Shown piece after piece: positions 10,163 through 20,401 of a stretch of DNA of 64,000 bases. The translations under genes and the position numbers were made by a program. This DNA comes from an uncultured virus (IMG/VR IMGVR_UViG_3300043803_001696) (lineage: Duplodnaviria > Heunggongvirae > Uroviricota > Caudoviricetes). Below the pieces are notes generated by a model. That model ran no database searches. It saw only the letters and a program-made list of their open reading frames with translations, and was not told the origin of the DNA. Location: the IMG/VR virus record IMGVR_UViG_3300043803_001696. One strand, 5' to 3'. Position 1 is the first letter of the stretch; each line of letters opens with the position of its first letter.

Positions 10163-12279
10163 TGCAAGAATTCATTCGCGATAAGGAAGGCGGATGGACC
10201 GCTTACATTACTGGTGCTGGAGGCGGCGGCGGCGGTAAAGGGAAAAGTGGTGGACAGAACCGTCCAGAGGAAGATCCAGAATCTCTTAGGAGTCGCTCAG
10301 AGGCGACTGTCGTAGGCATTTTCTGTGAAGGGGAAGTAGAAGGTTTTGAGGATGGCGTGGATCCCCTCACCCGCATCTACCTGGATAATGTGCCCATCAA
10401 GAACATTGACGGTAGCTTCAACTATGGCGTGAATACTTTCTTTACGGGAAGCCCCGGAAGCGCCAATGGCAAAGGAGGGTTGCAGCCCGAAATTGCAGCA
10501 TCCATTCCATCGCTTAACCGAACTAGCGCTACTGGCGCCGTCAACTCTTTAGTGGTCGATTATCGAACTGGCACGCAAAATCAAGACTCCATGCCCGGCT
10601 TTGATGACGTGCGTATAGAGCAGCCAGTAGGGGTGAAATTAACTAGAACAGCGGGTTCAGTCGTAAAGACAACAGTCAGTGATTTGCTTGACAAAATTCG
10701 CATCAGAATTGGCATTGGAGCGCTTTTTTATATTGACAAGGAAAGCGGTGATGTGAAGGGGCGTTCCGTCACCTTTAATGTCAAAATTCGTCCCGATGGT
10801 GGTTCCAACTTTGTCAATGAAGACAAAACCATCACAGGCAAAAGCAGAGGGCCAGTTGATTTTGAATATGAATATGACCTTCAAGGTAACGGTCCATGGG
10901 TGGTGACAGTAGAGCGTGTTACGGAAGATCCGACCTCCACTACTATCAGTGATGATTTGTTTTTTAAGGCAATTGTTGGCATCTATACGCGTTCCTTTCG
11001 CTATCCAAATACGGCATTATTGGGCATCAAAATTGGTGCAGAAAATTTCACTGCAGTGCCTCAAGTTAGTGCAGACATGTTGGGCGTCAAGATCAAAGTA
11101 CCTACTAACTACGATCCAATTCTGCGGACTTATAGCGGCATTTGGGACGGCACTTTTAAGACAGTTTGGAGCAACAATCCGGCCTGGGTGTTCTATGACC
11201 TGCTCACAAATAAACGTTATGGAGCGGGAGAGTTTATTGACGAAGCTCAAGTGGATAGATACAGCCTCTATCCCATTGCCCAGTATTGCGATGAACTCGT
11301 GCCAGACGGCAAAGGTGGCTTGGAACCGCGCATGGTTTTCAACGCTTACATCACAGACAGGGCTGGCGCCTATGAAGTGCTTAATGCAATGGCAGCGGCT
11401 TTCCGAGGTATGTTGTATTTCAGCGAAGGCACAATTGTCGCCATTCAAGACAAGCCAAAGCAAATTAGCAAAATCTTTTCTCCCGCCAATGTCATCCAGC
11501 AAACTGATGACAGTGGAGAAATGAGCGAGCCGCCTTTTTCTTACGAAGGCACAGCAAGAAAAGCCAGGAAGACAGTGGCGTTGGTTTCATGGAATGACGC
11601 CTCTGATAACTACAAAGCCAAGGTTGAATACGTTGAAGACCGGGAAGGCATTGATCGCTATGGCTATAGGGAGACGGAAATTAGAGCTTTTGGTACGACA
11701 AGCCAAGGACAGGCTCAAAGGATTGGGCGATGGACGCTGCTGAGCGATCAACTAGAAACGGAAATCATCACTTTTAAGACAGCCACTGAAGGTTTCTTTG
11801 TACTGCCCGGAGAAGTTATTGGCATTGCTGATCCAGCAAAAGGAGGCAAACGCTTTGGAGGCAGAATTCTTGGTGCCACCACCACTTCCCTTTCCATTGA
11901 TTCTTCTTTCGTCATTGCCTCTGGCAATTCGTATCAGGCCAGTGTGATGCTGCCCAATGGCGTTGCCCAGACGCGTACTGTCACTAATGCTGCAGGCACC
12001 ACAGACACGCTGACGGTCTCTCCAGCCTTGTCTGACACGCCTCTAATTGGAGCCCCATGGGTGTTACAAGAAAATAACGATGGAGTAAGGACATTTAGGG
12101 TGGTGTCGGTAACAGAGGACGATGGGGTGGTAACGGTATTAGGTGCTTTGTACGACGAAAGCAAATTCATTCTTGCCGACACAAGCACGATCTTGGGCCT
12201 CACTCGCACTTCCATTGCTGGCCCTCAAGTGGTGCCAGCAGTTGCTGGGGGCAGCATTATCCTAGAGGTGCCCATCTAA
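10162..12279 (+). CDS. central tail tip protein J (short form)
   Basis: EGEVEG, YPNTAL, WDGTFK...NNPAW, GQAQRIGRW; 705 aa. Confidence 0.92.
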   Translation: MQEFIRDKEGGWTAYITGAGGGGGGKGKSGGQNRPEEDPESLRSRSEATVVGIFCEGEVEGFEDGVDPLTRIYLDNVPIKNIDGSFNYGVNTFFTGSPGSANGKGGLQPEIAASIPSLNRTSATGAVNSLVVDYRTGTQNQDSMPGFDDVRIEQPVGVKLTRTAGSVVKTTVSDLLDKIRIRIGIGALFYIDKESGDVKGRSVTFNVKIRPDGGSNFVNEDKTITGKSRGPVDFEYEYDLQGNGPWVVTVERVTEDPTSTTISDDLFFKAIVGIYTRSFRYPNTALLGIKIGAENFTAVPQVSADMLGVKIKVPTNYDPILRTYSGIWDGTFKTVWSNNPAWVFYDLLTNKRYGAGEFIDEAQVDRYSLYPIAQYCDELVPDGKGGLEPRMVFNAYITDRAGAYEVLNAMAAAFRGMLYFSEGTIVAIQDKPKQISKIFSPANVIQQTDDSGEMSEPPFSYEGTARKARKTVALVSWNDASDNYKAKVEYVEDREGIDRYGYRETEIRAFGTTSQGQAQRIGRWTLLSDQLETEIITFKTATEGFFVLPGEVIGIADPAKGGKRFGGRILGATTTSLSIDSSFVIASGNSYQASVMLPNGVAQTRTVTNAAGTTDTLTVSPALSDTPLIGAPWVLQENNDGVRTFRVVSVTEDDGVVTVLGALYDESKFILADTSTILGLTRTSIAGPQVVPAVAGGSIILEVPI

Positions 12280-12677
12280 TGGCTTACAACGAAGCAAGGT
12301 GGAACTTTCCGCAGTATTCCGCCTATTCCATTCTCAATGCAGCAGTGAATCCAGCAGTCTGCTGGAACCCTCCGCAGAACAATCCTTTCATCGCATCGTT
12401 TGAAGTGGATTTTTTGGACACGGCAGATAATCAATGGATCAGGATTGGTACAACGGCAGCCAATTACATCCGGTTCCCTTCAGACGTTTATGTGACCAAT
12501 AGTTCATATAGAATTAGAATTGCTACCATTGGCATTAACGGTAGACGCTCGCCATACGCTTATAGCACTGTGGTGTTAGCCAGCCCGTTGGTGTTTGACT
12601 TTACCGCCAGCCAAGACGTGCGCTTTTCGGACGGTACAATTGTTCCAAACCAGCGCCTCCTTTTCCTGATCCTTTGA
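12279..12677 (+). CDS. fibronectin-III-like tail protein
   Basis: W-x-PP...Y-R-I-R-I-A-T-I-G-x-N-G-R-R-S pattern; TAATG-coupled to J. Confidence 0.6.
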   Translation: MAYNEARWNFPQYSAYSILNAAVNPAVCWNPPQNNPFIASFEVDFLDTADNQWIRIGTTAANYIRFPSDVYVTNSSYRIRIATIGINGRRSPYAYSTVVLASPLVFDFTASQDVRFSDGTIVPNQRLLFLIL

Positions 12678-12678
12678 T

Positions 12679-13089
12679 ATGGCAAATCTTTACGGGCTTG
12701 ATGCCATTGGCAATGCCGCCTACGTGAAAGCCACTGGAGCTGGAAGCAATTCCGATCCTTACGTGGTGCAGAATGATTTGTTCAATGCTGCATTGAAGAG
12801 TGCTCAAATCACCAGCTCCGCTAGTGCTGATGTGATTGCTGCAGTGGCGAGCAATAAATTGCGCGTCCTCTCCATGGCCATTACAGCATCATCCGGCTGC
12901 ACCGTCAAGCTGCAAAGTGGAGGAACCACTGACAGAACGCCTCCCTTCCATATTGCAGCAAATGGCAATATCACTCTCTCCAATCCATTGGGTCTTTTTG
13001 AAAGCGTTAGCGGGGAAAAAATTAATGCAGTGGTGAGCGGTACGACCACTTATTCCGTGTTCCTTTCCTATCGTGAAGTGGCAGCATGA
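12679..13089 (+). CDS. putative tail/virion structural protein
   Basis: 136 aa, beta-rich, inside the tail operon. Confidence 0.55.
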   Translation: MANLYGLDAIGNAAYVKATGAGSNSDPYVVQNDLFNAALKSAQITSSASADVIAAVASNKLRVLSMAITASSGCTVKLQSGGTTDRTPPFHIAANGNITLSNPLGLFESVSGEKINAVVSGTTTYSVFLSYREVAA

Positions 13090-13796
13090 GCACATTTGTT
13101 GCTACAAGTTTGGCGCCACAAATTGACTTGCGCCTGTTGCGTAGGGATTATTTTGATGGCGTTAGCTTCCTTTTGCAAGATGAAGATGGCGAACCGTTTG
13201 ATTTAGCAGACGTGCAAGTGTGCGCGGCTGTGTGGAAAAAGACAGGCGAGACCACTGCAAGCTTAGTAACTTCCTTCAACATTGAAGAGCAAGAACCATT
13301 GCGGAATGGCCAAGTGAGGCTTTGGCTTACTTCCGCACAAACATCGTTGATCTGGGATGCCGCTGCAAATAGTGGCCCTGCCAATATTAGTCAAGCGTTT
13401 TTTCCGTCCGCTTATACCGCCGAAAACTCTAGCGATTCCTTGACTGCTTCGCCGTTGACATGGGACATTCGCATTGAAAAGCGGGAGTACGTGGCCAATT
13501 TGATTAGTGTCAGTAGCGGTGTTTTCATTGCGCAAACAAATCATGGCCTTGGCGCCACTGAGAGAACTGTTTTTAGTGGCACCACTACGAGTGGCATTAA
13601 TTACGATGGCACAAGCGCTCGTATTTACAGCGACTTAACCAATATCACCTACGCTTCTCCTTATTCTTTTACCATTGCTTCTCTTTCTGGCGTTACCAAC
13701 GCCGCCCTGGGGGGCAGTGTTTATAGACTAAGGCAAGATACTGTGGCCGCTGGTAGCGTTTTTGTTGGCACCACTTTCTCCAATTGTTTTCCCTGA
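13086..13796 (+). CDS. putative baseplate/fibre adaptor (BppU-like N-terminus)
   Basis: LQDEDGEPFDL...GQVRLWLT...WDIRIE pattern. Confidence 0.5.
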   Translation: MSTFVATSLAPQIDLRLLRRDYFDGVSFLLQDEDGEPFDLADVQVCAAVWKKTGETTASLVTSFNIEEQEPLRNGQVRLWLTSAQTSLIWDAAANSGPANISQAFFPSAYTAENSSDSLTASPLTWDIRIEKREYVANLISVSSGVFIAQTNHGLGATERTVFSGTTTSGINYDGTSARIYSDLTNITYASPYSFTIASLSGVTNAALGGSVYRLRQDTVAAGSVFVGTTFSNCFP

Positions 13797-13802
13797 GGAA
13801 CT

Positions 13803-15548
13803 ATGGCTGAGTTAAAAGAAGGCGTAGCAGTTGTCACGGTAGGACGCACTGCTCCAATTCCTCCTGGGCAACAAACAATGGCAACGAGTTTGCCTGTGGT
13901 GATTGCTAGTGATCAAACGCCCATTCCAGTGGAAGTGGCAAACCAGCAAATCAGCGAAGTTAGCTTGAGTTTGCTTGGCGTACCTCGTGCTGAAGTGGCG
14001 CTTGGCATCTTTGCTGATGTCACTACTTACGACATCAACCCAAATGAATGGGCAAGTGAAGGCGGTGGTGCCACCACTCATATTCCCAATGAAAGCGCAG
14101 CCAAAGTAACTCTTGGTAGCGCCAATACCAATAACTACCAGATCTTAAGCAGTAGGCGTTTCTTTCGTTATCAACCAGGGCGAGTGAGTGCAGCCACGTT
14201 TGGCGTGAGAAGCACAACTTCCAATGATTCTACCGACATCAAAAAATTTGGTGCTTTCGATAAGCGCGATGGTTATTACATTGAAGTGCAGGGTGGTGGA
14301 CAAACGGATTCTGCTAGCAAAGAATTTAATTGTTACTGCGTAAGGCGCACCAGTGCCTTTGAAAGCGACGAGGCTGGCATTCGCACTCCCAATGCTTTAG
14401 ACGGCGACATTGGCACGGCTGGCACTGATTTAGTAATCGTTCGCGCTGGTCTTACTTATATCCATGCAGGTCTTTTTGATCGAAGTGTTCGCGGGGCTGG
14501 TGGAGTTAACATTGGCAGCATTGCCTCTTCAGACGGCACCACTAGCGTTTCCGGTTCGTTTATTTCAGTGGAAGCGCCTTATCGTTATACCTACGAATAC
14601 CGAGTGCCGCGTAAATATTTCAGCCATGATCGCCTTGATGGTGAAACAAAAGCTCAGTATTACGCTGACAAAACTCCAGGCCGCAATTCGTTCTCCCTGT
14701 CCATTGGAGGCACTGCATCTAATCCAACAGTTTCCTACACCAACGGCAGTTCAGTAATCAATGTCAATGGAGACATTGTTACTGATACCAGTATTTGGAA
14801 CATTGACTTTTCAAAAGTGACAATGTTCAAGATTGAATATAGCTGGTATGGAGCTGTGGGCGGACATTTCTTGGCCTACGTTCCTGACGCCACCACCACG
14901 GGAGAGGCGCGATGGGCACGAATGCACCATATACGGGCCTCCAACCAGCTTACGAGTCCTAGCCTGGCCAACCCCACTCTTCCCATCTCTTACCTTGCTC
15001 AGAAGGCTACAAGCGCCAATGAGTGTGCGCTGTACAAATACGGGGCTTCTTACTATATTGATGGTGGCGATAAGGGCACTGTTACTGCCCGCTCAGAAAG
15101 CAATGCTGCTGATCGCACCGTCACAACAAGTGGCACCATGCTGATTGGCTTGCAAGTTAAGGAAAATATCAATTCCATCCGCAATCGAATGCAAGTGTAT
15201 CCCACTCGACTGGGAGTGGGCAGCAGCGACAGGGCGGTTGTTAAGCTCATCAAACGACCAACAACTGTTTCGGGCACTCCATCGTTTACCAGTGCTGACA
15301 CTCTGAGCCCTGTTAATGTCACAACAACAAGTGGTGTAGTAACAGTAAGTGGTGGAACAAACGTAGCGACGTTTTTTGTTGGAGCTGGCGGTGTAGATAT
15401 TGATTTATCTCCATACTTTGGTTACAACAAAGACTATCTTTCCTACCCATTGACTGCAGCAACTGGCGACACTCTGTATGTGTTCGCTCAGGGCATCGGA
15501 GCCAGTGCAAGCATGAGCGCCTCCCTAACATGGGAAGAGCAAGTGTAG
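13803..15548 (+). CDS. tail/virion protein, paralogue A
   Basis: 581 aa; FRYQPGRV, SKVTMFKIEYSWYGAVG, YIDGGDKGTVT, WEEQ end shared with 15555. Confidence 0.65.
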   Translation: MAELKEGVAVVTVGRTAPIPPGQQTMATSLPVVIASDQTPIPVEVANQQISEVSLSLLGVPRAEVALGIFADVTTYDINPNEWASEGGGATTHIPNESAAKVTLGSANTNNYQILSSRRFFRYQPGRVSAATFGVRSTTSNDSTDIKKFGAFDKRDGYYIEVQGGGQTDSASKEFNCYCVRRTSAFESDEAGIRTPNALDGDIGTAGTDLVIVRAGLTYIHAGLFDRSVRGAGGVNIGSIASSDGTTSVSGSFISVEAPYRYTYEYRVPRKYFSHDRLDGETKAQYYADKTPGRNSFSLSIGGTASNPTVSYTNGSSVINVNGDIVTDTSIWNIDFSKVTMFKIEYSWYGAVGGHFLAYVPDATTTGEARWARMHHIRASNQLTSPSLANPTLPISYLAQKATSANECALYKYGASYYIDGGDKGTVTARSESNAADRTVTTSGTMLIGLQVKENINSIRNRMQVYPTRLGVGSSDRAVVKLIKRPTTVSGTPSFTSADTLSPVNVTTTSGVVTVSGGTNVATFFVGAGGVDIDLSPYFGYNKDYLSYPLTAATGDTLYVFAQGIGASASMSASLTWEEQV

Positions 15549-15554
15549 GCATCT

Positions 15555-17936
15555 ATGACAAGTTTTTCTGAATATTATCAGGTGCCCGAGGATGCCCAGC
15601 CAGCGGGAAGCGAGCTTATTGACGCAGAATTGATTGACTTCCTAACGGGAGATTCTTTAATTGACCCTGTAGATCAAGAAGTCTTGACGGGTGACGCGAA
15701 AGGCACTTTGGTGCTCGTTGAGGATGAAGGGCTAACTCCCGTAACGCTTAGGAATTCCACTGGAGCCAACGTTTCAGTGGATGTGGTGAATACAAGTCAA
15801 AGCGAAGTAGAAGTGAGTTTGCTTGGCATTCCTCGTAGCGAGACAGCGCTAGGGCTTTTTGATGCCGTAAATATCTATGGAGTGAATGATAAAGAGTTTT
15901 ATGCGGGTCCAATTGCCGCTGGATATGTTTATAACCAGGATCCAAGCGATTGGACTTTTGCTGATGAGTATGGCTATTTCTGGAGGCATATTCCAGCAGA
16001 AAGCGCATTGCAAGCATATTCTTTCCCACCGCCATTGAGCTTCACTTATCCAGTGGATGATAATACAGGGCGATTTCCTGGTGGACGTAGCGATGGCTCG
16101 ATGACAACTTTTTGGGAAAGTAAACGCGCCTTTCGTTATCAACCAGGGCGCGTCACTGCTTTTACTTTTGGCGTGAGGATGTCCACTGGCAGTGATTATG
16201 AAGGAGAGGTTGTGAAATGGGGCTGCAGAAATGCTGTAGGGGATGGTTATTATTTTCAGCTAGACAAGGGCGGTGATTTATTCGTAGTACGCACTTCTCC
16301 TGATTTAGGCACAGCAAAAATTGGGCGTGACAACTGGAATGGTGATCCCATTCAGCCCAATGTAGGTAGCACTGGCTGGAACTTGGACTTGTCTCGCGTG
16401 ACAATGTTCAAGATTGAATTTAGCTGGTATGGAGCTGTTGGCGCTCGCTTCTTGGCGTATGTGCCAATTAATCATGATGAAGCGCGATGGGTGACGCTGC
16501 ATTATTTCTTTGCGGAAAATCAGTTCCTTTTTCCCAGCCTTCGCAATCCCTTCTTAAAGCTTTTCGTAGAGGCACGCACCACTGCGGGGGCAACGTCTCC
16601 TGCATTCATCAATTTATACGGCAGCAGTGTTTACATTGATGGTGGAGATAAAGGCACTGTTACAACTGGCGCTGTAGGTCTTGATGCGCCCAAGCCGATC
16701 AATAGCACTCCTAGGGCGATTCTTGGCTTGCAAGTTAAAAGCAGCATCAATGGGGTGGAAAACAAGAAATCCATATTTCCAAACAACTTATCAGTGTATG
16801 CCACCACTGACACACGGTTTGACTTGGTCTTTCAAGGCAATGGAATTTGCGCGGGAGAGAGTTATTTTTATGGCAATGGTACGAGTATCACTGCAAATGC
16901 AGCCTCAGGCATAACTGTAATTCGCGCTGGAGCAAATACACTTACCACTCCATCGGGACAATTTTTTCCTGATGTGAGGAATGAGCTGGGAGGGGCAGTG
17001 GACTACAGAAGTGGTCGCCGCGTAAAAGTGGTTGGACCAGGCATCCTGGCCACTCATGTGGCAGCCCTTTCCGATGACTTAACTCGCATTACTACCGATG
17101 CTTTTCTTCCTGAAGGCATCACAAGTATTACGTTGGGGCGAATGAATAACTACGTTGTGAGCAGTGGATTTGTTGGGAGCGGAGTCACTCAAGGCACGAT
17201 TTTTAGAACTTTTGTGAATGGCTATGCCCGTATAGGCCTGCTACCCAATGCCTCTGGGCTCTCTTACAATCCATCATCTGACTCTGTATTATGGGTGGCG
17301 TCAGACTATCCCGCTCTTTTATTTAACCGATTTGGGCAACTTGTTGGAGAAGCTCGTTATCCAAGCGATTATATTTGCAATCAAGCGACAGATTTTAGCA
17401 TTGCATTTCCGACCAGTGGTACTACGACCCTTAGCGCAGCAGGGCGGTCAATTACCATTTCTGGCACCAATCCATGGCCCATTCGTTTAGTGGTAGAAGC
17501 TCATGCGGACGCCGTGGTTTCGGACGTGGTACTGGCTCAGCAACCATTGGCTGTGCGTCTATATCCTGGCAGCGGCTCTAGCCAGGCACAAACATCGTGG
17601 CCACTAAGCAGTGGCTTCACTCAAAATGCCACTGCAGCAGGCGGCACTGATTATGTTGCCAATCATTTCGTAGATAGTCTTGCCGATCCATTGAGCGCCG
17701 CATTGGTAGACAAACAAGGCTTGCGCGTCCTAAAAGGAGGCCAGCGTGTGGCAACTTACTTTATTGCCAGTGGCGAAAGCCGTCAGTTTGATCTCAGCTC
17801 ACTATTTGGTCCTGATAAGATGTTTATAACAGGCAGTCCAGGAAGCATTGAAAGCACGGGAGCACTTTTTGTTGTTGCCACTGCTCGCACTGCATCAGGA
17901 GAGGCCAGTGCAAGCATTAACTGGGAGGAACAATAA
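15555..17936 (+). CDS. tail/virion protein, paralogue B
   Basis: 793 aa; same motif series as 13803-15548. Confidence 0.65.
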   Translation: MTSFSEYYQVPEDAQPAGSELIDAELIDFLTGDSLIDPVDQEVLTGDAKGTLVLVEDEGLTPVTLRNSTGANVSVDVVNTSQSEVEVSLLGIPRSETALGLFDAVNIYGVNDKEFYAGPIAAGYVYNQDPSDWTFADEYGYFWRHIPAESALQAYSFPPPLSFTYPVDDNTGRFPGGRSDGSMTTFWESKRAFRYQPGRVTAFTFGVRMSTGSDYEGEVVKWGCRNAVGDGYYFQLDKGGDLFVVRTSPDLGTAKIGRDNWNGDPIQPNVGSTGWNLDLSRVTMFKIEFSWYGAVGARFLAYVPINHDEARWVTLHYFFAENQFLFPSLRNPFLKLFVEARTTAGATSPAFINLYGSSVYIDGGDKGTVTTGAVGLDAPKPINSTPRAILGLQVKSSINGVENKKSIFPNNLSVYATTDTRFDLVFQGNGICAGESYFYGNGTSITANAASGITVIRAGANTLTTPSGQFFPDVRNELGGAVDYRSGRRVKVVGPGILATHVAALSDDLTRITTDAFLPEGITSITLGRMNNYVVSSGFVGSGVTQGTIFRTFVNGYARIGLLPNASGLSYNPSSDSVLWVASDYPALLFNRFGQLVGEARYPSDYICNQATDFSIAFPTSGTTTLSAAGRSITISGTNPWPIRLVVEAHADAVVSDVVLAQQPLAVRLYPGSGSSQAQTSWPLSSGFTQNATAAGGTDYVANHFVDSLADPLSAALVDKQGLRVLKGGQRVATYFIASGESRQFDLSSLFGPDKMFITGSPGSIESTGALFVVATARTASGEASASINWEEQ

Positions 17937-18493
17937 TGGCCTTCGTTGGACTCGTTGCAAATCGCAACCTTGCCGATGCGGGTAGTGCAGAAATTGCTTG
18001 GGATAATTTAGGGGCAGGCATTAGTTACACATTTAACAATGTAACAACCAGCGGAGTCGTTATCAGGGGAGCAGATATTCTGGCGATCACTGGTATTAAT
18101 AGGGTTAGCGCAAGAGATTTATTACTTCTTCAGGGACTCACTAGCAATGCCCAGACAAGGCTTAACACCATCAGTCAACAGGTGGCTTCTGGTGTTGTCC
18201 TGCAAAATAATGCACTGCTGCGAGCTTCTCCATCTTCCATCGGGAATTATTCGCTCAATGGCAATCTTTCTGCGCAAAGCATTCGTATCAATGGAGTGCC
18301 GGTGCAGTCTTTAACCACTTCACCCTTTTCTGGCGCCACTGCTATCGCTTCTGTTTTGTTGGATAATGTTATAATTTCAAGCAATTTTACTGTTCAAAAT
18401 ACTACTAGTCTTGGTACAATTTCGTCGCCAGAGGTAGCTATTCCGGTTGCGGATGGTGGCTACATTTATTACCTAAGAGCAGGGCAATCATGA
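17936..18493 (+). CDS. putative tail fibre component
   Basis: N-terminal GLVANRNLAD...AWDNLG anchor motif. Confidence 0.5.
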   Translation: MAFVGLVANRNLADAGSAEIAWDNLGAGISYTFNNVTTSGVVIRGADILAITGINRVSARDLLLLQGLTSNAQTRLNTISQQVASGVVLQNNALLRASPSSIGNYSLNGNLSAQSIRINGVPVQSLTTSPFSGATAIASVLLDNVIISSNFTVQNTTSLGTISSPEVAIPVADGGYIYYLRAGQS

Positions 18494-19830
18494 CACAGCA
18501 GTTTGGTTTTCGTGCTTCTAGGAGCCTCGCAGAGGTTGAGAATAGAGACGCATGCTGGGACAATTTAGGAATTGATAGACGCGACTTGGCGTTGCTGGTT
18601 GGGACAAGCGCTGCTGGCGTGACGGAAGGAGATTATTTCAATTGCAAAAATTTGACCACTTTTTTAGAGCCACAAATTAGTGGGCTAACAGTAAGCGCTG
18701 GATCTGGCCTGGTGGCCATGCTTGGCAAGATTAGCAAAAATGGAGATACTGGCATTGGCACACTTTCTGGCTCTACCGTCAACAACGACAGGGCTTATTA
18801 CAATGCTGCATTTGATATTATTTCGGCTTCAACAAATAGCTTCTTTTCTCCTACTACAACATCTGGATACAGCGCTGGCGCTCAATACTTACTGGGCCCT
18901 GTTTCCCTGCCCAACTTAACCATTAGCGGCTTTAATTTCACAGGCGATACCAAACAGTGGTCTGAGTATTTCGTCAAATATCGCAATCACTTAAGACTAA
19001 CTGATAGTGGGGGAACCCAACGTTTTTCTCCATTGTACCTAGCTCCACCCACGGTACTTGATTCAAATGTGTTGTGGCTTGACGCAGAATTTAGTGAAAT
19101 AACCCTAGATGGGGATAAGGTGGGGCGATGGGAAGATGTATTACGCCGCGCTAATGCCTCGCAAGCCGAAGCAAGCTATCGCCCAACATTTGTAACCAAT
19201 GACCTTGACAACAGGCCCGCTGTTCAATTTGATGGCACGGATGATTTCTTGAATATTGGCACGCTTGGGGCAACGCTTCCAACGGCAGCAACTCTTGTCG
19301 TTGTTTTTAGCCTTAGTAGCGCACTGACGACAGGGGATTCTGTTTATTCTATTGTCAGCTCATTGGCGAATATTTCCAGCTCGTGGAGAAATGGAAGTGG
19401 TAGCGGTGCATGGGGATTGTTCACCAACAGCATCATTTCTAGCTTTCCAGTTGACATGCCAGTTAATGGCACTGTAATTGCCAGCGTGCGAGCAAGTAGT
19501 GCCTATGGTCTTGAATTTAGGCTTGGCGGCATTAGACAGTCTTTCATTGCTCCTCCTTCTTATTCTTACTCCAGCGCAGGCAATTTTGTCATTGGCGTGA
19601 GTGATTCGGTGAGTCGCTCCAATGCTTTTCAAGGAAGAATTAACGCTTTGGCCTTGTTCAACGAAGTGTTGAGCGATGCTGAGCTGTTCTCGCAGGAAGA
19701 ATATTTCAGGTGGAGAAATGGCTTTGTCTACAATCCAGATGCCGCTGATTTATCATTTACAAAGGTAATCCATGACGAAAGGCAGAACCAGTTTCTGTTG
19801 GAAGACAATTCTGTGTTAGAGGCTGGTTGA
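18490..19830 (+). CDS. tail fibre with LamG/concanavalin-like lectin domain
   Basis: LWLDA...V-x-x-W-x-D...P-x-V-x-FDG-x-DD...F-x-G-x-I...LSD-x-E pattern. Confidence 0.7.
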   Translation: MTQQFGFRASRSLAEVENRDACWDNLGIDRRDLALLVGTSAAGVTEGDYFNCKNLTTFLEPQISGLTVSAGSGLVAMLGKISKNGDTGIGTLSGSTVNNDRAYYNAAFDIISASTNSFFSPTTTSGYSAGAQYLLGPVSLPNLTISGFNFTGDTKQWSEYFVKYRNHLRLTDSGGTQRFSPLYLAPPTVLDSNVLWLDAEFSEITLDGDKVGRWEDVLRRANASQAEASYRPTFVTNDLDNRPAVQFDGTDDFLNIGTLGATLPTAATLVVVFSLSSALTTGDSVYSIVSSLANISSSWRNGSGSGAWGLFTNSIISSFPVDMPVNGTVIASVRASSAYGLEFRLGGIRQSFIAPPSYSYSSAGNFVIGVSDSVSRSNAFQGRINALALFNEVLSDAELFSQEEYFRWRNGFVYNPDAADLSFTKVIHDERQNQFLLEDNSVLEAG

Positions 19831-20360
19831 TTATGACTCGCGGACTGGTTCGTAAAAACAATTTAAGGGATTTGACGAATGCCGAGCAGGCCAGGACTAA
19901 TCTTGGCCTGCAAAATGATGATTACCAAAGAATTAAGGGGCTTTTTCTCTCGTCTGGCGTGAGCAATTTAGACGTACAAAAAATTGCCAACTCTTCCACT
20001 AATTTTCAAAGCCAAGTTAATGCTTCGACCGCTCTGCTTGGCACTATCACTCCTGCTCTATATGCCGACAAGGTGGGTGACACCCTTTCTGGAACGTGGA
20101 CAAATAGTGGCAAGATAGGGGCCAGTGGCATTGTGGTTAGTGGCATCACTCGCCCTGGAAGCACTGATGCATTATTTTTGCGCTCTTCCCCATTGTCTTC
20201 TCTTCAAATTGAAACGGCATCAGGCGTGGTACTACCGAGTGGCTTGGTTGTGAACAACCTTACCAGTAGCGGCAATGTTGTCATTGCTTCTGGGAAAGTG
20301 GTAAATCGTACGATGGTAATTGGCATTAGGGGGGTGCCTTATAAAATTGATCTGGCTTAG
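19827..20360 (+). CDS. putative tail fibre component
   Basis: NNLRDL...ARTNLGL motif. Confidence 0.5.
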   Translation: MIMTRGLVRKNNLRDLTNAEQARTNLGLQNDDYQRIKGLFLSSGVSNLDVQKIANSSTNFQSQVNASTALLGTITPALYADKVGDTLSGTWTNSGKIGASGIVVSGITRPGSTDALFLRSSPLSSLQIETASGVVLPSGLVVNNLTSSGNVVIASGKVVNRTMVIGIRGVPYKIDLA

Positions 20361-20401
20361 GCACTGATAGACTATCATTAATTCCTGTTTAGCTTGCGAT
20401 T

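Noticed and set aside
12240..12281. Frameshift fusing gpJ to the FN3 gene
   Set aside because: No convincing X XXY YYZ site; the TAATG overlap is ordinary translational coupling
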